Shown here piece after piece: positions 13,500-28,612 of a stretch of DNA of 64,000 nt. A model generated the notes under the pieces. The model had not been told where the DNA came from. It saw only the letters and a list, made by a program, of their open reading frames with translations, and made no database searches. Source of the DNA: Chrysomallon squamiferum. Taxonomy: Eukaryota; Animalia; Mollusca. The translations under genes and the position numbers were made by a program. The stretch's first letter is position 1, and every line of letters begins with the position of its first letter. The stretch covers positions 38,006,001 to 38,070,000 of the forward strand of contig CM022670.1 in the NCBI GenBank assembly GCA_012295275.1, written 5' to 3'.

Positions 13500-14160
13500 A
13501 CTGATATATGTACATACTCATAAACTGCGAGACAACAACAGAACAACATGATACAGTAAAACTCATTTTATCGTTGGAGTTTGTTGATTTGATGACGAAG
13601 AACATGATGCTGCAGTAGATTAATACTTTTAACAGTTGAAACAGTTGTACTGCATATTTCATTCGTTTCATAGCTGCATTTTTTGTTTTAGTTTGATTTA
13701 TCTTGAACGGAACACGTGAATTCATATTACATGTTGAAAGATATATTCACCAGAGTGATAGATCTCCGCCTAGATTCAGAAATCCTTGATGCGGCAATTA
13801 CAAATAGTGTTAACTGCATAAACGACAATAATTCACGAGAAAGACTCTTCACAGCTAACTCATACATATAAAACTCTTTATCTGTTGCCCTCTGTGACTT
13901 CATCACCGGACATTTTATTTCAGCCATTTTCAACAACAAAAAAGTGACGGCCAAACGTTTTTGCACACTGCACGCAACTTCATAACTATTCTGATGTTAC
14001 CTACACCACGAGTGATGAGTGTTTGCGTACATCGTCTTCCATGCATTGCTAAGTGACCTTTAATAGTAACCAGAGGAATAACTCTAATATTTGAAAATGT
14101 TATTAGACTGGCCACTGGCTATCTTGTTATCGATTTATTCAAGTGGCGGCGATGTTCACT
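13500..14160 (-). mobile_element. Possible decayed pogo/Tigger-type transposase remnant
   Basis: Fragmented frames give IDN, SNIRVIPL and SNAWKTMYANTHHSWCR, in the order of the DDE_1 motifs (LLxDN, NIxVxFLP, AWxxVxxxTIxxCW). Frameshifted, and no TIRs found. Confidence 0.25.
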
Positions 14161-16196
14161 AAAGTTCCTCATTAAAATACCAAAGACTTGAACGTCTTAC
14201 GGGAACCGGCCACTGAGGTAAATGGCAAAACCGTATTACTGGCCCATAAGAAAATTATCTAATTTTAACCCGTACTTGTCGGAAAATATTAACTCCTAGG
14301 CGTTATTAATTTGATAAATATTGCGTTTAGTTAGAGGAATAAAAAATTTTTTTTTTTTTTTTTGTCTTTTGTTAGTTTCGTAATAAAAGGGATTTGGTGA
14401 TAAAAGCATTCTTATGATAATCGCAGATAATATATTTAAAATATCATATATAATTTAAAATAAAACCAAAACAAAAGTAAAACTGTAGAAAATACGTCGT
14501 TACAATAAAAACATTTTTAAACAGCTTGAATATTTATCTCAGTTAAATAAAACGATATCTGGTCGTAAAGACAAATCATTTATGTTCATCATAAGATAAA
14601 TATGACTAGAAAATAAAATAACTAAACTGAGAAACGAAAAACGACCACAACTAAAACACTTTATATTAAATGTCTCTCTAAAGTCAGTAGATCTCGTTAG
14701 CTGAATAGCTGAGATTACCGTTAAACAAAATTATATGTCTGCTATGATAACCTGCCGTAATATCATTAGAAAAAGGAAAAAAATTGTATTTACAAAAGTA
14801 GTATGCAGATTAAATTCCACATAAGTTGATACGATAGCCTATGAATAAACAAAACGACACTGGACATAAAGGTTTCCGTCATAACGCTAGTATAATTATG
14901 ACTGGAGGCTGGGTAGAAGAACTAGAGAGCTAGAAAGGTTCACGACTGTTCAGTTCTGTATCTCTGTCTGTGTTGTCGACAGATAAAATATAACTCATGA
15001 ATAAGCTAGAAGACACGTTACATCCGCATAATGTTATGACAAATTAAGTTAGGATTTCTAACATTAACTCTAGAGTTCTAGAACTTATCTACTGACTCGA
15101 GTACAAAATTCTTTCTTTATCAAGCTGATAAAATCACTTATAAATAAACCAAACGACACTGGTTTAAAGATCAAATATATCCAACGTAATATGATAAATA
15201 TAACGTGAAGCTGGGAAAACTGAAAATGAATCGTAGAAAGAAAGGTTCTCTGCTGTATCAATATCAAATTCCCAATAAGCTAAAAGACGCTTGCTGATAT
15301 GATAAATTAATGACATTTACCATGTGATACATAAAAATAAATAAATTAACATTCATAAAACTTTATCATAAATACGTCGCATTTTTCCATAATACTGTGA
15401 TTATAAATAGTCCTAGCGTAGGTTAACACAACTACAAAACCAGAGTAGTAATTAGTTCTCTTAAATTAAAATCGACATCAATATTTAGCACATTAAATCT
15501 AACACTTTTGATTTATCGAGACAGGGTGGGTCGTAAGGGTAAATACACACACAACGGTTGATCAATGCTGAAGTAATGGTATTTTGAGGCTAAAGAGAAA
15601 ATGGCGTGCGTGTGTGTGTCTGTCAGGTCTGTAATTAGTTAAGATAACAGCATATGTTTCCTACACAGTCAAACATGCCAATCACTGCTTTCATTGGTAA
15701 TTATTCGTGACAAATGTTTTCACTCCCAGAAGCATCGTTGATATAAATAATGCTTTTATATGGTCTAAAAGCAGAAATCAGAAAAACATTAATTTTCATG
15801 AAGTAATTGTTTATGCTAAATGCAAATTCGGGTTTTTGTGAATTACTAAGTTTTACTTTTATAAAAATAATTGTGTCTTATTTTCTTTTTTTGTTATTTT
15901 TTGTTATTATTTATTATTTATTATTTTATTATTTTTATTTTTTATTTTTATTTTATTATTATTTTTTTTTTTTTCGTTATTAATATAATTAATAAATTTA
16001 TCGTTTTCTTTGTCTTTGTCTTATTATAATCACAACAAATACCCCAATCCGAGTTCGGGGAGGCTACATATATACACGTTAATTTAGTAAAAACTAAATT
16101 TATTTATTTTTTATAATTAAATTGTATTTTTTTAAATATATTTTCTATTTATTATTTTTTTTTTTTCTTCTGTTTTTTTCTTTTCATTTATTTTTT

Positions 16197-16237
<41 letters not shown>

Positions 16238-18717
16238 ATGTAATGTTTTATTATTAACAGTCAAATATCTTGACAACTACATTCATCCAAATAATCACAT
16301 ACTCTCTGTTCTAAAACCCGGATACTGGATAATTATAATAATTTTCTACTGTTTTTAGCTTCGTATAAAACTCCTATAAATAACGATTATTTAACCAACA
16401 AATATTTTAATGAATTTTACCTGCTTTATCAATTATTATTTTTACGCTAATTAAAAAGTATAAACATCCATTTATTTACTTATTATTAAACATAAAAAGC
16501 ACGAGGACTTTGAACAAACGAGATTGATTTTAAAAATATTTAACAACCAGAACAAAAAATAATTCTTACATCTTTGTCACTTGAAGATATTAATATTTGA
16601 AGACACTAACTTTGTAAACGATTTTTATCTAAATAAGGAAAAGAAAAAAAAAATTGTTTATTCAAATTTACCTCAGTTAATCACTTTATTAGTCCAATTA
16701 TTTTTTAATATTAACGACAAAAGAAATAAAATCTTACCTGGATAAAAAGATTAATAAGTTTTTGTCTGTTCTGTCTTGAAAGGATTAAGATTTTGATATA
16801 AATAACATGTCGTTGTTGTTATTTTTCACTACTCGTAGTATTTTATTTTTTATTAATTTGGTTTTTTACGCATTTTTTTTTTTTTTTTTTTTTTTTTTTT
16901 GACTCTGATTTAAAAATTTGTTATATAAATATTATTATCATTCTTATTTTTTTTTTTTTATATTTATATATTTTTACTTATTTATTTATTTATTTATTTT
17001 TTTTTTTTTTTTTTTTTTTTTTTTCGGTTAGTGATATTTTTATATATTAGAATTTATTTATTTTGGACATTTCATTTTTTTTTTCTCTCACAGTAAGTTT
17101 TGCTTTTTTTTTAGATTATAAATGAACAAGATCATAATTATGTTAGTAACTGCAACATACAGTAGTAATAGCAATTGTAGCAGCAGTAGAAGCAATAGTA
17201 GAGGCAGTAGTAGTGGTGGTAATGGTAGTAGTAGTGATAGAAATAACAGCCGTAGTAGTTGTGGTGGTGCTATAACAGTAGTAGTAGTAATAATTGTAAC
17301 GAAGTGCTAGTAATAATGAAAGAAATGGTAGAAGTAATAGTATTTGTAATAGTAATAATAATAATAATAATAATGTGTAGTTGTTGTAATTACTGTAGTA
17401 AAGGTATATTATGTATAGTAGTAGTAGTTGCAGTAGTAGTTGCAGTTGCAGTAGCAGTAGCAATAGCTGCAGCAGTGGTAGTAGTACCAGTAACTAGTAG
17501 TAGTAGTAGTAACAATAGTAATAGTTGAAGTAGTAGTGATAGTAGTAGAAATAGCAGTAGTAATAGTAGAAATAGCAGTAGTAATAGTAGTAGTATAGTA
17601 GTAATGGTTGTAGTAGTCGTTGGTGCTGTTATTGCTGCAATATTTAAAATGTCTAATGCAACAGTCGTGGTTTACGTAACGTGAAGTCTTATTTAACAGC
17701 GGTTAGCACGTTGTCCGTATTAACATTAACAGTATTAGCTGTCTAACGTGGTGTTCTGTTCGCTATGAAATAAAACAGATGAAAGATGACAACACGTTGC
17801 ACTGTCATATGACGAGGGATCAAGTTCGAGTAATACGTTAATTCCCAGGACGCGCAAAAACGTCCTCCGAAAAGTGAACATTCTGACGTTTCTGCTGATC
17901 AGATCATACAGCTGGGAAAATCCATTCAGCCAGACATGGGTGACTCTCCAAGCACCAGATTTACTTGTGCTTAATGATTTGATTCCCCCTTAAACTGTAT
18001 TTCAGGTGAAGACTAAGTCAGCCCAACGTTAATCATTGTCAGAATTTAGCTCGTTGTAAATGCGATTACGAATATTACCGTGAACGGGTTGACTTGCGTG
18101 TGGAGAAATATATTATTTCATGCGCTGCTTTTCATACGCGTTTTGGCCCGTATGGTTATTAATTTAGTACTTCAGACAGATTAAAAAAAAAAAGCTAAAT
18201 AAAGTTTGAAAATAATCAGCTATTAAAAGTTCTCAAATAATATTGGTATTTTGGGGTTTTTTTTAATCTGAAATAAAAGTAAGAGGTAAAATGTTTTCAA
18301 TTAGTTATTTTAGATGCGTCCATTAACTGGCTGTCTTGAAACGAAAGCTTTTAATCATCTGTTAATTTGCTTTGTTTGTCTGTCCTCTTTGTCGTTCTCC
18401 CATTTATCTATTAAACAATTCCAAATGCTATATTTAATATTCAAGGCATAATTTTAATAACTGGACATTTTTTTTTTACTTAGATACGACGATATTAGTA
18501 TGAATTAACTACGTTTGTTTCTGAAAGTTTTATTTCTGGGCTTGATTAATTTTGTTATAATTATTATTATTAATATGTAGACAGGATATTAATATGACTT
18601 AACTACATCTGATTTAGAAATTTTATTTCTTTTATTTTTCTGATGGGTCTAATTAATGTTTTTCTATTTTTAATACGCATGTGAATTAATGTGAGTTAAC
18701 TAGTTTTGAAATATTGG

Positions 18718-18860
<143 letters not shown>

Positions 18861-18944
18861 GATAGATTTGATTAATTAATAAATATTAATAAGCATGATC
18901 TATGGCGCTTTTTTCAATCTTCTGCTAATTTGAGAAAAACGAAA

Positions 18945-19265
18945 ATCATTTGTTTAACGACATTAATCTGAATTTTGTTCTTTGTCTTATGTTGGTATGA
19001 GAGACAAAACACTTCGTCGACTGTTCTTATATATGCACCTCTCCATAGACAGGAACAAACAGCTTATCGATTAGCAATAAGAGATCTTACATATGAACCT
19101 TCCCGTAGACAGGAATAAACAACTTATCGATTAGAAAGCAGTAAGCATATTATCGATTAGCAGTAAGAGATCTTACATATATATGCACCTCCCCATAAAC
19201 CTGGAATAAACAGCTTATTAATTTAATACATCAGATTCCATGTATCGGCTAGAATGGAGAGTACG
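18945..19265 (-). mobile_element. Degenerate SINE-like repeat with internal ~60-bp triplication
   Basis: tatatgcacctctccatagacaggaacaaacagcttatcgattagcaataagagatctta occurs ~3 times (19030-19220). Shares ggctagaa.gga with the 48.7-49.0 kb element. SINE identity and strand are by analogy. Confidence 0.45.
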
Positions 19266-20106
19266 CTAACGAATGCTTTCGGAAAGACTCAGGTTCTGCC
19301 AAAATGGTTATTTAGTTCTAAAATAGTCGAAAGTGAGTTAAACGGAAAACAGAATTGGGATTAAAACAGGATTTATGTAGCAATGCTAACCAACGTGTCG
19401 CTGAATCCAGCTAAATTACAACTGTGAAGCAGACATTAAGCATTTCTCTTTTATCTTAAACCAAAAAAAAAAAAAAACAAAAAAAAAGAAGTAGAAGAAA
19501 AGAAAGAAAGAAAGAAAAAATACTTTAATTTAGCTATAGGCTGACGCGTACATTCAAATATATATTTGACAATTTCATTTCCCGTATAATCCAACTATAA
19601 ATGATGTATTATTTCTACGATGCATACGACAGACATACAGACAGACAGACAGACAGTTTTTGAGAAATTTTGTTATAAAATGCATCAAGACAGAGGAGAC
19701 AGATTATAGATTGCTGACACAGAGACAGACAGACGAACGCTTAGACAGGCAAACAGAAAGATAGACAGGCAGACAAATTTGATACGACCATAGATAAATA
19801 TGTAATATTTATTTAGTTGGTTTTGTTCTTTGATATTCAAGTATATAGGATATAATCAAACGGGATTTAATCATGGAAAAGACTTCTAAATATATAACCG
19901 TTCTTTCTTACTCTGAAGAACAACAGATTGCTAGGATACTCTTTAGTACATACATACTGAGATACTTCCCGTTCAGTAATACAAGTGTCGTAATTTCTGT
20001 ATTGTTAATTCATATTAATATCATATGTATATTGCTTATTAAATATATATATATATATATATAATGTGTGTGTGTGTGTGTGTGTGTGTGTATGAGAGAG
20101 AGAGAA

Positions 20107-20145
<39 letters not shown>

Positions 20146-21406
20146 GAGAGACAGAGAGAGAGAGAGAGTTAATTAGCCTATCATTTATTTGCTACCAAAT
20201 CCAAGAATGTTGCCAGATAATAACATTATATCCCTGAATCTTGCATTTGGCCTATGGAACCATTACATATTTACGTGTTTTTTTTTTTTTTTTTACATTA
20301 TTATTACAGTAATTATATTTACTTTCATTCTCATTGAACTGAAAAGGGAACAAGATAGATTTGCGTGTTTTTGCCTCAAAAATATGATTCGTAAATTGGC
20401 AAGAAACGCATCCGCCATTTAAATGAATTAAAGCATGAAAAGAAAAAAACTTTTAAAATGAACGTTATTATTTGACAAAATATTAACAATTGTGTTGCAG
20501 ATGCCGTAAGGACCAATTGAATTTAATAGTATTAGCTAATACAAAAAAAAAAAAAAATTATAACAATTTTTCACAACACCTTAAGCGCCGATTAAAACGA
20601 ATTTTATTTCTTAACAAAACATTTCTAATTCCTTCTTGTAAAAAAAAATACGTTAACAATAATAACAAAGACGCAGGCGATAAGTGTTGAAAGACACAAT
20701 ACGCACTGTTTATGAAAGTTTCTGTATACGTTGATGCAGCATTATTCCAGCTTTTTGAAAAAGTGAAGATGTCGTGTGTTAATTGAGTCACGAGGTTATG
20801 AGATAGAAGAATGCGCTGTTCCCCTCTTTCGAACCTAGATCCTGCCTACAATAATTACGGATCAAGTTGTATTGCTGTAATTCTCTGTAAGTGGATATCA
20901 GATAGAAGGATACAGTTTCGCGGATCACGTTAAACTGACTATTGAAAAGTTGAAGCGGTTTCTTGTTGTTGCAGTGCGCGATCCTATCACAAGGGCTATT
21001 TAGTCGCAATACCCAGCTGTAATAACGTCTAGAGCTGTGAGGCTTTATCGATAACTCTTTCACGTAAAAACGATTTATTATTTTGTTATCAGTGTTAGAC
21101 AAGAAGGGTGAGGGGGGGGAAAAAGAGCCTTTTAGAGCAGTGATATCATTTATGATTTTGGATATTTGATTTTGAATGAACACGCTATTTTTAATATTAA
21201 AGTGTCTGACTGCTGATTTCGATATTGTTGTGATATGGAGAGGAAAGCCACAAATATTTGGCTAGCCCTGTCATTAAGATATATATATCTCGATGTGTGT
21301 GTGTGCGCGTATATTTGTATGTGTGTGACTGTGTGTGCGTGTGTGTGTGTTTCTGTTTGTGTCAGTGTTTGTGTCTGTGCGTGTGTGTGTCTGTGTGTGC
21401 GTGTGT

Positions 21407-21445
<39 letters not shown>

Positions 21446-21762
21446 ACTGTGTGTAAAACACGAAAGCATATTACAAGATATTTGAAACACGAATTATGGT
21501 GCACTGAACGGCACGCAGTATAGTCGCATCTGCTAAGTTAGAAATACTGAAACTGCAACCTATCTTTCCTTAGACAAGCGATTATCCACTAACGACAGTC
21601 CACTATGTGAACTGTTTGATTTATTGATGTTTCACAGTTTAGACTGTCAAAAATAAAAAATAAAAAATGAGAAGAAAAATGCAAAGAAGCATCAACCATA
21701 AATATTTAATGTGAAGAATGGTCTGATGTGACGTGAACGATATATTTTATTTATTTATTTGT

Positions 21763-21821
<59 letters not shown>

Positions 21822-21832
21822 TATTATATTAT

Positions 21833-21868
<36 letters not shown>

Positions 21869-22440
21869 GTTATATTATTTAGTTAGTTAGTTAGTAAGTT
21901 AGTAAGTTAGTTATATTATTTAGTTACTTATTTTTAACTCATCCAAAGATAGCAAAAAATCTTAACTGTACATACAACCAGAGTATTAATCGTTAACCTT
22001 ACCAACAAGAGATATTCTGATTGGTATGTGTAATATACTCAATTTTATCTACTATATTAAAGCAGCCTAAAGACAGAAAAACAGTCTTAACATTGAGAGA
22101 ACAAAGGTGAATTTCTTATCTTTAATTTCGCTGTAAAATGTGTAAATATGTTGAATATAATGTCACGATACACTGCATTTCTATTTAAAATTTCATTATC
22201 TAACTCTCTAACTAAAATAGTCCCAAAAAGGTATAATTTCTATCTACAAACTATTCTGTGATAGAAAAGTAATCACAACGATTTCATCAACTGCAAGAAA
22301 CATCGTATCGCAAAAAAAAAAAAAAAAAAAAAAAAAGAGTTATGATTCTAAGGCTAATTCCTACAATAAAAAAAAAAATTCACTAAAATATAAATATGAA
22401 TCGAAAATGTTAAGATAACAGAAATGCATGTAGGTACGTC

Positions 22441-22659
22441 CATACATACACACACACGGACAAACACACACTCGGACAAACACACACTCAGATACACACA
22501 TATATACATACATACATACATACATACATACATACATACATACATACATACATACACATATATACAAACACACACAAATACAAACTTACACACACACGCA
22601 CGTACGTACATACATACACTCACACACATATATACATACATTCATACGTATATACATAT

Positions 22660-22690
<31 letters not shown>

Positions 22691-22816
22691 CATACATACA
22701 TACATACGTATATACATACATACATAAATATATACATACATATATATACATACATACACATATACATACATACATACATACATACGTATATACGTGTATA
22801 AATACATACATACATG
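22441..22816. repeat. Compound (TACA)n/(CA)n microsatellite
   Basis: Direct reading; source of several spurious ORFs. Confidence 0.95.
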
Positions 22817-23019
22817 CATAAATATTTCAAAACTGTATTCATTTTTATAAAATTTCAAAAAAAATGAGAATTTTCTTCGGCTATCGACATGTTAATGAAA
22901 TACATATCAGAAAATTCCCCAACACTATCGGACTAAAAAGAAATAACAGAGAAAATAAAAAATATTTTTAATCGAATCTGATATACCTTTAAACAGATAT
23001 AAAATAAATGCAATTATTT

Positions 23020-23390
23020 CTAATGTATACCTGTAACAATGCAGTTTAGAAATAACAATAAGTGAAAATTATTTCGACTTACTTGTAACAATGTATTTAA
23101 GACATAATAATAAGAGTAAATGAAATGAAACTGACTGTAACAATGAAGTTAAGAAATAATTCTAACATTAAATGAAACTAATTCTGACTTATCTGCAACA
23201 ACGTATTTTTACAAATAATTACAAAACGTAGCATTAAATGAAACATTAAATGAAACCAATTCAGACGTACCTGTAACAATCTAGTTAAGAAACAGTTATG
23301 AAACTCTGACTTACCCTAACAACAGATGTTTTTTTTTTTTTTTTGGAACCAATTACAAAAAAGAAACAGTAAGCCTCACCTGTAACAGTT
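23020..23390 (-). repeat. Degenerate ~45-80-bp tandem array, each unit with a TGTTACAG|GT(A)AGT-like junction
   Basis: The plus-strand motif (gactt)acctgtaacaat recurs, with junctions at about 23030, 23082, 23135, 23192, 23270, 23314 and 23379. Confidence 0.75.
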
Positions 23391-23554
23391 TGAAAATACC
23401 GTTCTTCGTGCCGAGGACTCTGCGCGGTTCTGTCATTGGTTCCAGGCAGTCGGTGTGATAGTGGAGACAGTGACAAAGCTCGGTTCGCTCTCATTGGAAG
23501 TCGCTAGCAGCTAGCCCGGACCTCGACAAACGTGATTTATTTGTTTGTGCAGAT
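23380..23554 (-). other. Candidate non-coding 5'UTR exon of the GPCR
   Basis: GC-rich island bounded by the pyrimidine tract tttttttcactttctctccgag (atypical GAG acceptor) and the donor CAG|GTGAGG. Confidence 0.45.
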
Positions 23555-26500
23555 CTCGGAGAGAAAGTGAAAAAAACAGTCGTGAAGTTCTGTAGCCTAC
23601 GAAATTATCCTACACTGCACCAACGTCAGAATTAACTCATCAACAAATGATGATTAATTATATATATGTATTAATGATTGTGTTTGTGTGTGTGGGTGGA
23701 TGGGTGTGTGTGTGGGGGGGGTGTGGGTGGGTGGGTGTGTATACGTGTCAGTGGTGGGAGAGGTTGTTTTTCTTCTTCATCTTCTGAAATGTACTTTGTT
23801 GGAGACGAGACACATAAATACCACGTCACTGAGTTTTTCCGTTTCCCTCTGTCGGGCTGTCTTCCTTTTCAGAGGTTTCTCACTGTGTTGTCGTTTTGTA
23901 CATTCAGCTGTTTCTAATTACAAAACTGCATCAGTCAGTTTAACATCATTTAACTCACATCAGTCAAATTGAAATATACATTTCACAGAAACAGTGCACA
24001 AAATAGCATCCTAACATTCGCTATGTCGCAGTTATATACATACGTATACGCATTTATAAATATGAAGCCAACCATATATGCATGCATATGTGTGTGTATA
24101 TATGTGCTTATATATGTATTTATTTATATATATATACATGCGTACATACATATATACATCCAAAGAGACAGCACACACACATATATAAACACAACAGTAG
24201 GGTTATGCCTTAACCGAATGTGTACAAAACGACTAACGAAGGTGATATTAAAATGCTGAAGCAGGTTTTAAGCTTTTAAAAGGTGAACGTAGTTCGGTAG
24301 AGTGCGTTCAGACCTGAGCAGTGACAGCTGACAAGATCAATACTCGAAGACTTCTCGTTATGCTGTTTCACGTCACAGTAAACATCCTGGCAGATTTATC
24401 AGATGTCGTGGCACAAACTTTTCTCTCTGTGGGTAACACGCTATTAAAAAAATCTGTTCTCGTTAATTAACGCGGATAGACCAGGTTGGAGGCTGCAGTG
24501 TTATTTCCAGCATTTTCCAGTCGTAATACATGAAATCGCATCGCTGATGCTAAGTAATCGTTAACACGATGTGCCGAGATTTCCATCACTGATTAAATTG
24601 CTTACGAAAGTAATAAAATGGATGGCGTTGTAATTATTCTTGTTGTTTCTTTGTTGTAGTGTTGTATTATCGACAGGATAGGAATAAGCACAAAAAAGAA
24701 CAATTTAAAATTCTGGACTGATTTGATTTACATGCTCGAGGGATGGGCTAGGAATGCGTCTCTTATTTTAGTAAAAGTATGTTTGTGCTCCCTCGCGATT
24801 TGATCCCACGATCCATTAAACAGGAGTCGAGTTTGGACCTGTAATCAGTCATTTTGTCCACGAGGAAATCACTGATAAAAAAAAAGCCTTTACCATTCCC
24901 TAACAATATCTGAAGACAAATCAATAGCATGATGTTAATATAATGGAAAATGGGATTTAGTTCTTTTGAAAGTTTTTCTAAAATAGTGACGATGGTTTAC
25001 GTTTGAACCACAGAGACTGTAATTGTTTTATATATAGTTGCAAATCCCATAAAATGTAGTTTAATAATAATATGATTTTTTTGTATAAAATATCTCACTT
25101 TACGGCAGTTATGCTAGTATTCATTTTAAATCGACAAAACATATTGTTTTTATTAATATAATTTTAATCAAAATATTAATATATTTATCTAGGAAATAAA
25201 ATTCAAATAGCGATGTTTTTTTTTTCTGCTGGATATTCGTTAACAGTTCATTCATTTATTCATGCATTCAGTCGATCATTGATTCACTTAGTTATTCAAA
25301 ATAAAAAAAAATGCCTAACAGATTACTTCATGAAGCATATGAAATTTGACAAAGTACTAACAAAACAGATTCTGAACAGTTGTCTAACAACTGGAATGAA
25401 GTGCTCGTTTTGTGAAATCTCTTCCCGCTTCGGATCAATATTTTCCAAAATCTCGAGAACATCCAATCCGAACACATTTAAACAGGAAATTTCCCAGACT
25501 ATCAAACAGCAGACGAATTTTGGTTTCAATGAGAAATCATCACTTTCACAGAACCTATTTAAAAATGCCGTTGGGAGTTCGTAGACGAATCCTAAACACT
25601 TCAATTCAAGTCTGATAGATTCAATATAGTCCAAATTTGTTTGCTAGAGAGATAGAGAGAGAGAGAGGAAAAAAAAGATCAAATTTAATAATAAAGTAAA
25701 TTTTGTTTATCATGGATTCTTGAAGGTTCAGTGCGAACAGCAATACATCATTTCTTTGGGGGTTTTTCTCGCCGTTTTCACAAAGATGCTTTGTTTAAAA
25801 TAACGATAGTGTTTTCGTTTGTTTGTAATGCTGACGAAAACACGATGCTGATTGAAAAAAAAAAAGGGATTTTTAGAAGAAAACTTTATATGTACGTTTT
25901 TATTACAGTTAGAAGTTCATTTAGTGGAAACAGTTTTAAGATTTGGTTTAACTTTTATTTATTTTTTTATATTGCCTATTGTGATAAACGCTTATGTTAT
26001 TCAGAATTCTTTTGTGATGCCATTTTTTGGGTTGGTTTTTTTGTTTGTTTGTTTACTGTAACTGCATAGTTTGTTGCAATTTGTTTCATATTTCTATCAT
26101 TTGTTTATTTTTTATCAGTGTGTTGTTTTGCGTTGATTTGCTCTTTTAACGAGGACTCACAAACACACACACGCACACAAACGCACACACACACAACGAT
26201 GTACATAATTAAAAGTATAAAATATTTAAATCTTTTTTACCCCGACGCTTACAGTTATTTTCAAATTACTGTTTAAGTCAGGTAACTGACACAGTTATTA
26301 AGTTATGAAGATATTACAAACAGAATTGTCTGTCGTTTTTTTTTTTTATTACATACTATATAAATTGTTGAAATTGCTCAATTTTATTGCATATCATCAG
26401 AAAAAGAAATAAAAAACATTGAAAAAATGAACAATAATAAAAGGTTCATCAAAACAGTAATGTCTATTACTATACTTATAATAATAAAGAATTCATTCCC

Positions 26501-26843
26501 TGGAGACTGTTTTATCTAAACCTACCTATACGATGTAGATGACTGCTTCAAAGAAATGTTATCAAAACATTCTAAACAAGAAAATGAAAGTTAAGCAGCT
26601 TAACAAAAGAATGTCTTTTCACTTCATTTTACTTATTTTTGAGTGTCTGCAGACATAATATCTTATTTCCACATCGAGACATACCTATATTAGATTTTTT
26701 TAAATTGCTGTGTTTTCTAAATATTTATATATATCAGTAACAACATCTAAATGTTGTGTGATACAGCCTGTTTTAGTGACAAGTGTAATTTGATATACAA
26801 AGACACTAACATTTCTTTCCGATATTATTATTTTATTATTTTA

Positions 26844-26896
<53 letters not shown>

Positions 26897-26900
26897 GTCG

Positions 26901-26962
<62 letters not shown>

Positions 26963-27556
26963 GTTGTTGTTGTTGTTGTTGTTGTTATTATTATTATCAT
27001 CATCTTCAGCATCATTTTTACTATTATTTATTTATTCCATATAGCACAATGAAAGCTATTTTCTCTGGTGCGTTGACAAATGTGTCGCCAGTTTACGTTG
27101 TTTCGCATTTTTCTTATTGTCATGGAAAAAACGAAGACAGACTTTGAAAAGAAGAATTATTAATAATGTAAAACTAATTCTATGGCACGCTAGAACGCTA
27201 AAAGGATTGCCCTTGTTTCCATTATGTACTGAATAATGTAAGCTTGTCATTTAGATTTAAGACGCAGTTTCTTTTTTTTTTCTAACTTTAAATAGTAACT
27301 TCTATTGGCTGACAAAGAAACAGAAGTAAACGGTGCATACAGAATCAAGGACAGAATTCTCAGGTGTGATGTCTTCAAGAAATGATAGATGATTAAAACT
27401 CTGCTGATACTTTACTCCATGGGAAACTGTTGACGCCAGTTCATCTTGAATTAACAAGGACACGATTTATTTAAAAATTAAATACAACCAAACAGCATGG
27501 TAAACTCTACATTTTAAACTCTTAAAAAGACTTCAAAAATCATCTTTAAAGGACAA

Positions 27557-27593
<37 letters not shown>

Positions 27594-28366
27594 AAAATTA
27601 CTAACGGAATCAGTATCGTTTCCCTTTTTATGTACTTATAATAATAACGACATTTTTGTAGAAATATAACTCAAAGAATGTTTATTCTTTTCCTTTGAGT
27701 AAAAAAAATACGATGCGAATTACTTTTTCTTGAATATTACGAACAAATATTTCGAAAGAAATGATGCGTTGAAATGTCATTTTGTTCAGCTTTAGTTTCT
27801 GGGTTTACGATTACGCTATAATTGTTTTTTTTTTCTTTCTTTCTTCTTCTTCTTCTTTTTTTTCTTTTTTAAAATGAGGCCATATTTCTGGTACGTCTTT
27901 ATCCCTTTTTGAAAAACGTAAATAATTTTATATAATTATTATGCCTCTTGTTCCCATATATTAAGCCTTTCACCATGTATAGTATGAATGTAAGTACGTT
28001 TGTGTTTTTCTGTATGTGTAATTATTATATTTTTATAAACGAACTCTGAAGTACTGAACAGTATAATTTTTCATACATTAAACAAAATTAATATTTTATT
28101 TGATACTTTCGGACTGTTTTGGCTAATGTCAGACTAGATATAAAATTTTATGGTTCTTGTCATAACTTTAGTCAGTATTATTTTACAAATGGCCTGGTTT
28201 GAACCTGAAACTTTTTTTTTTTTTTTTTTGTTTTTAAATCTCTAATTTAGAGTCAAACTAGACATCTTTTGCAAGGATTTATTTTTTGTATTATTTTATG
28301 TATACGTTCGTGTGTATGTAGGTGTATATATATATATATATATAGATAAGAACGAAATCGATAATT

Positions 28367-28412
<46 letters not shown>

Positions 28413-28561
28413 AAATACACAGACATATAGATATTTACGCACACACACACGCACACACACACACACATCATTGGTAGGTTTAAAACAGTTTACCTATACG
28501 AATGAATATGTGAGTTTTTTTCCAAAAGAAAATTTTACTCTTTAAACCTAAATTAATTACG

Positions 28562-28612
<51 letters not shown>

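Noticed and set aside
16731-16742. Isolated strong minus-strand donor CAG|GTAAGA (also AAG|GTAAGC near 11700)
   Set aside because: No matching acceptor or exon-like composition; expected by chance in long introns.
17122-17620. Ser-rich ORFs here and at 35183-35404
   Set aside because: (AGT/AGC)n trinucleotide microsatellite artefacts.
25213-25634. Overlapping 123-aa and 103-aa ORFs on opposite strands
   Set aside because: No recognisable motif or convincing splice structure; consistent with chance or decayed repeat.
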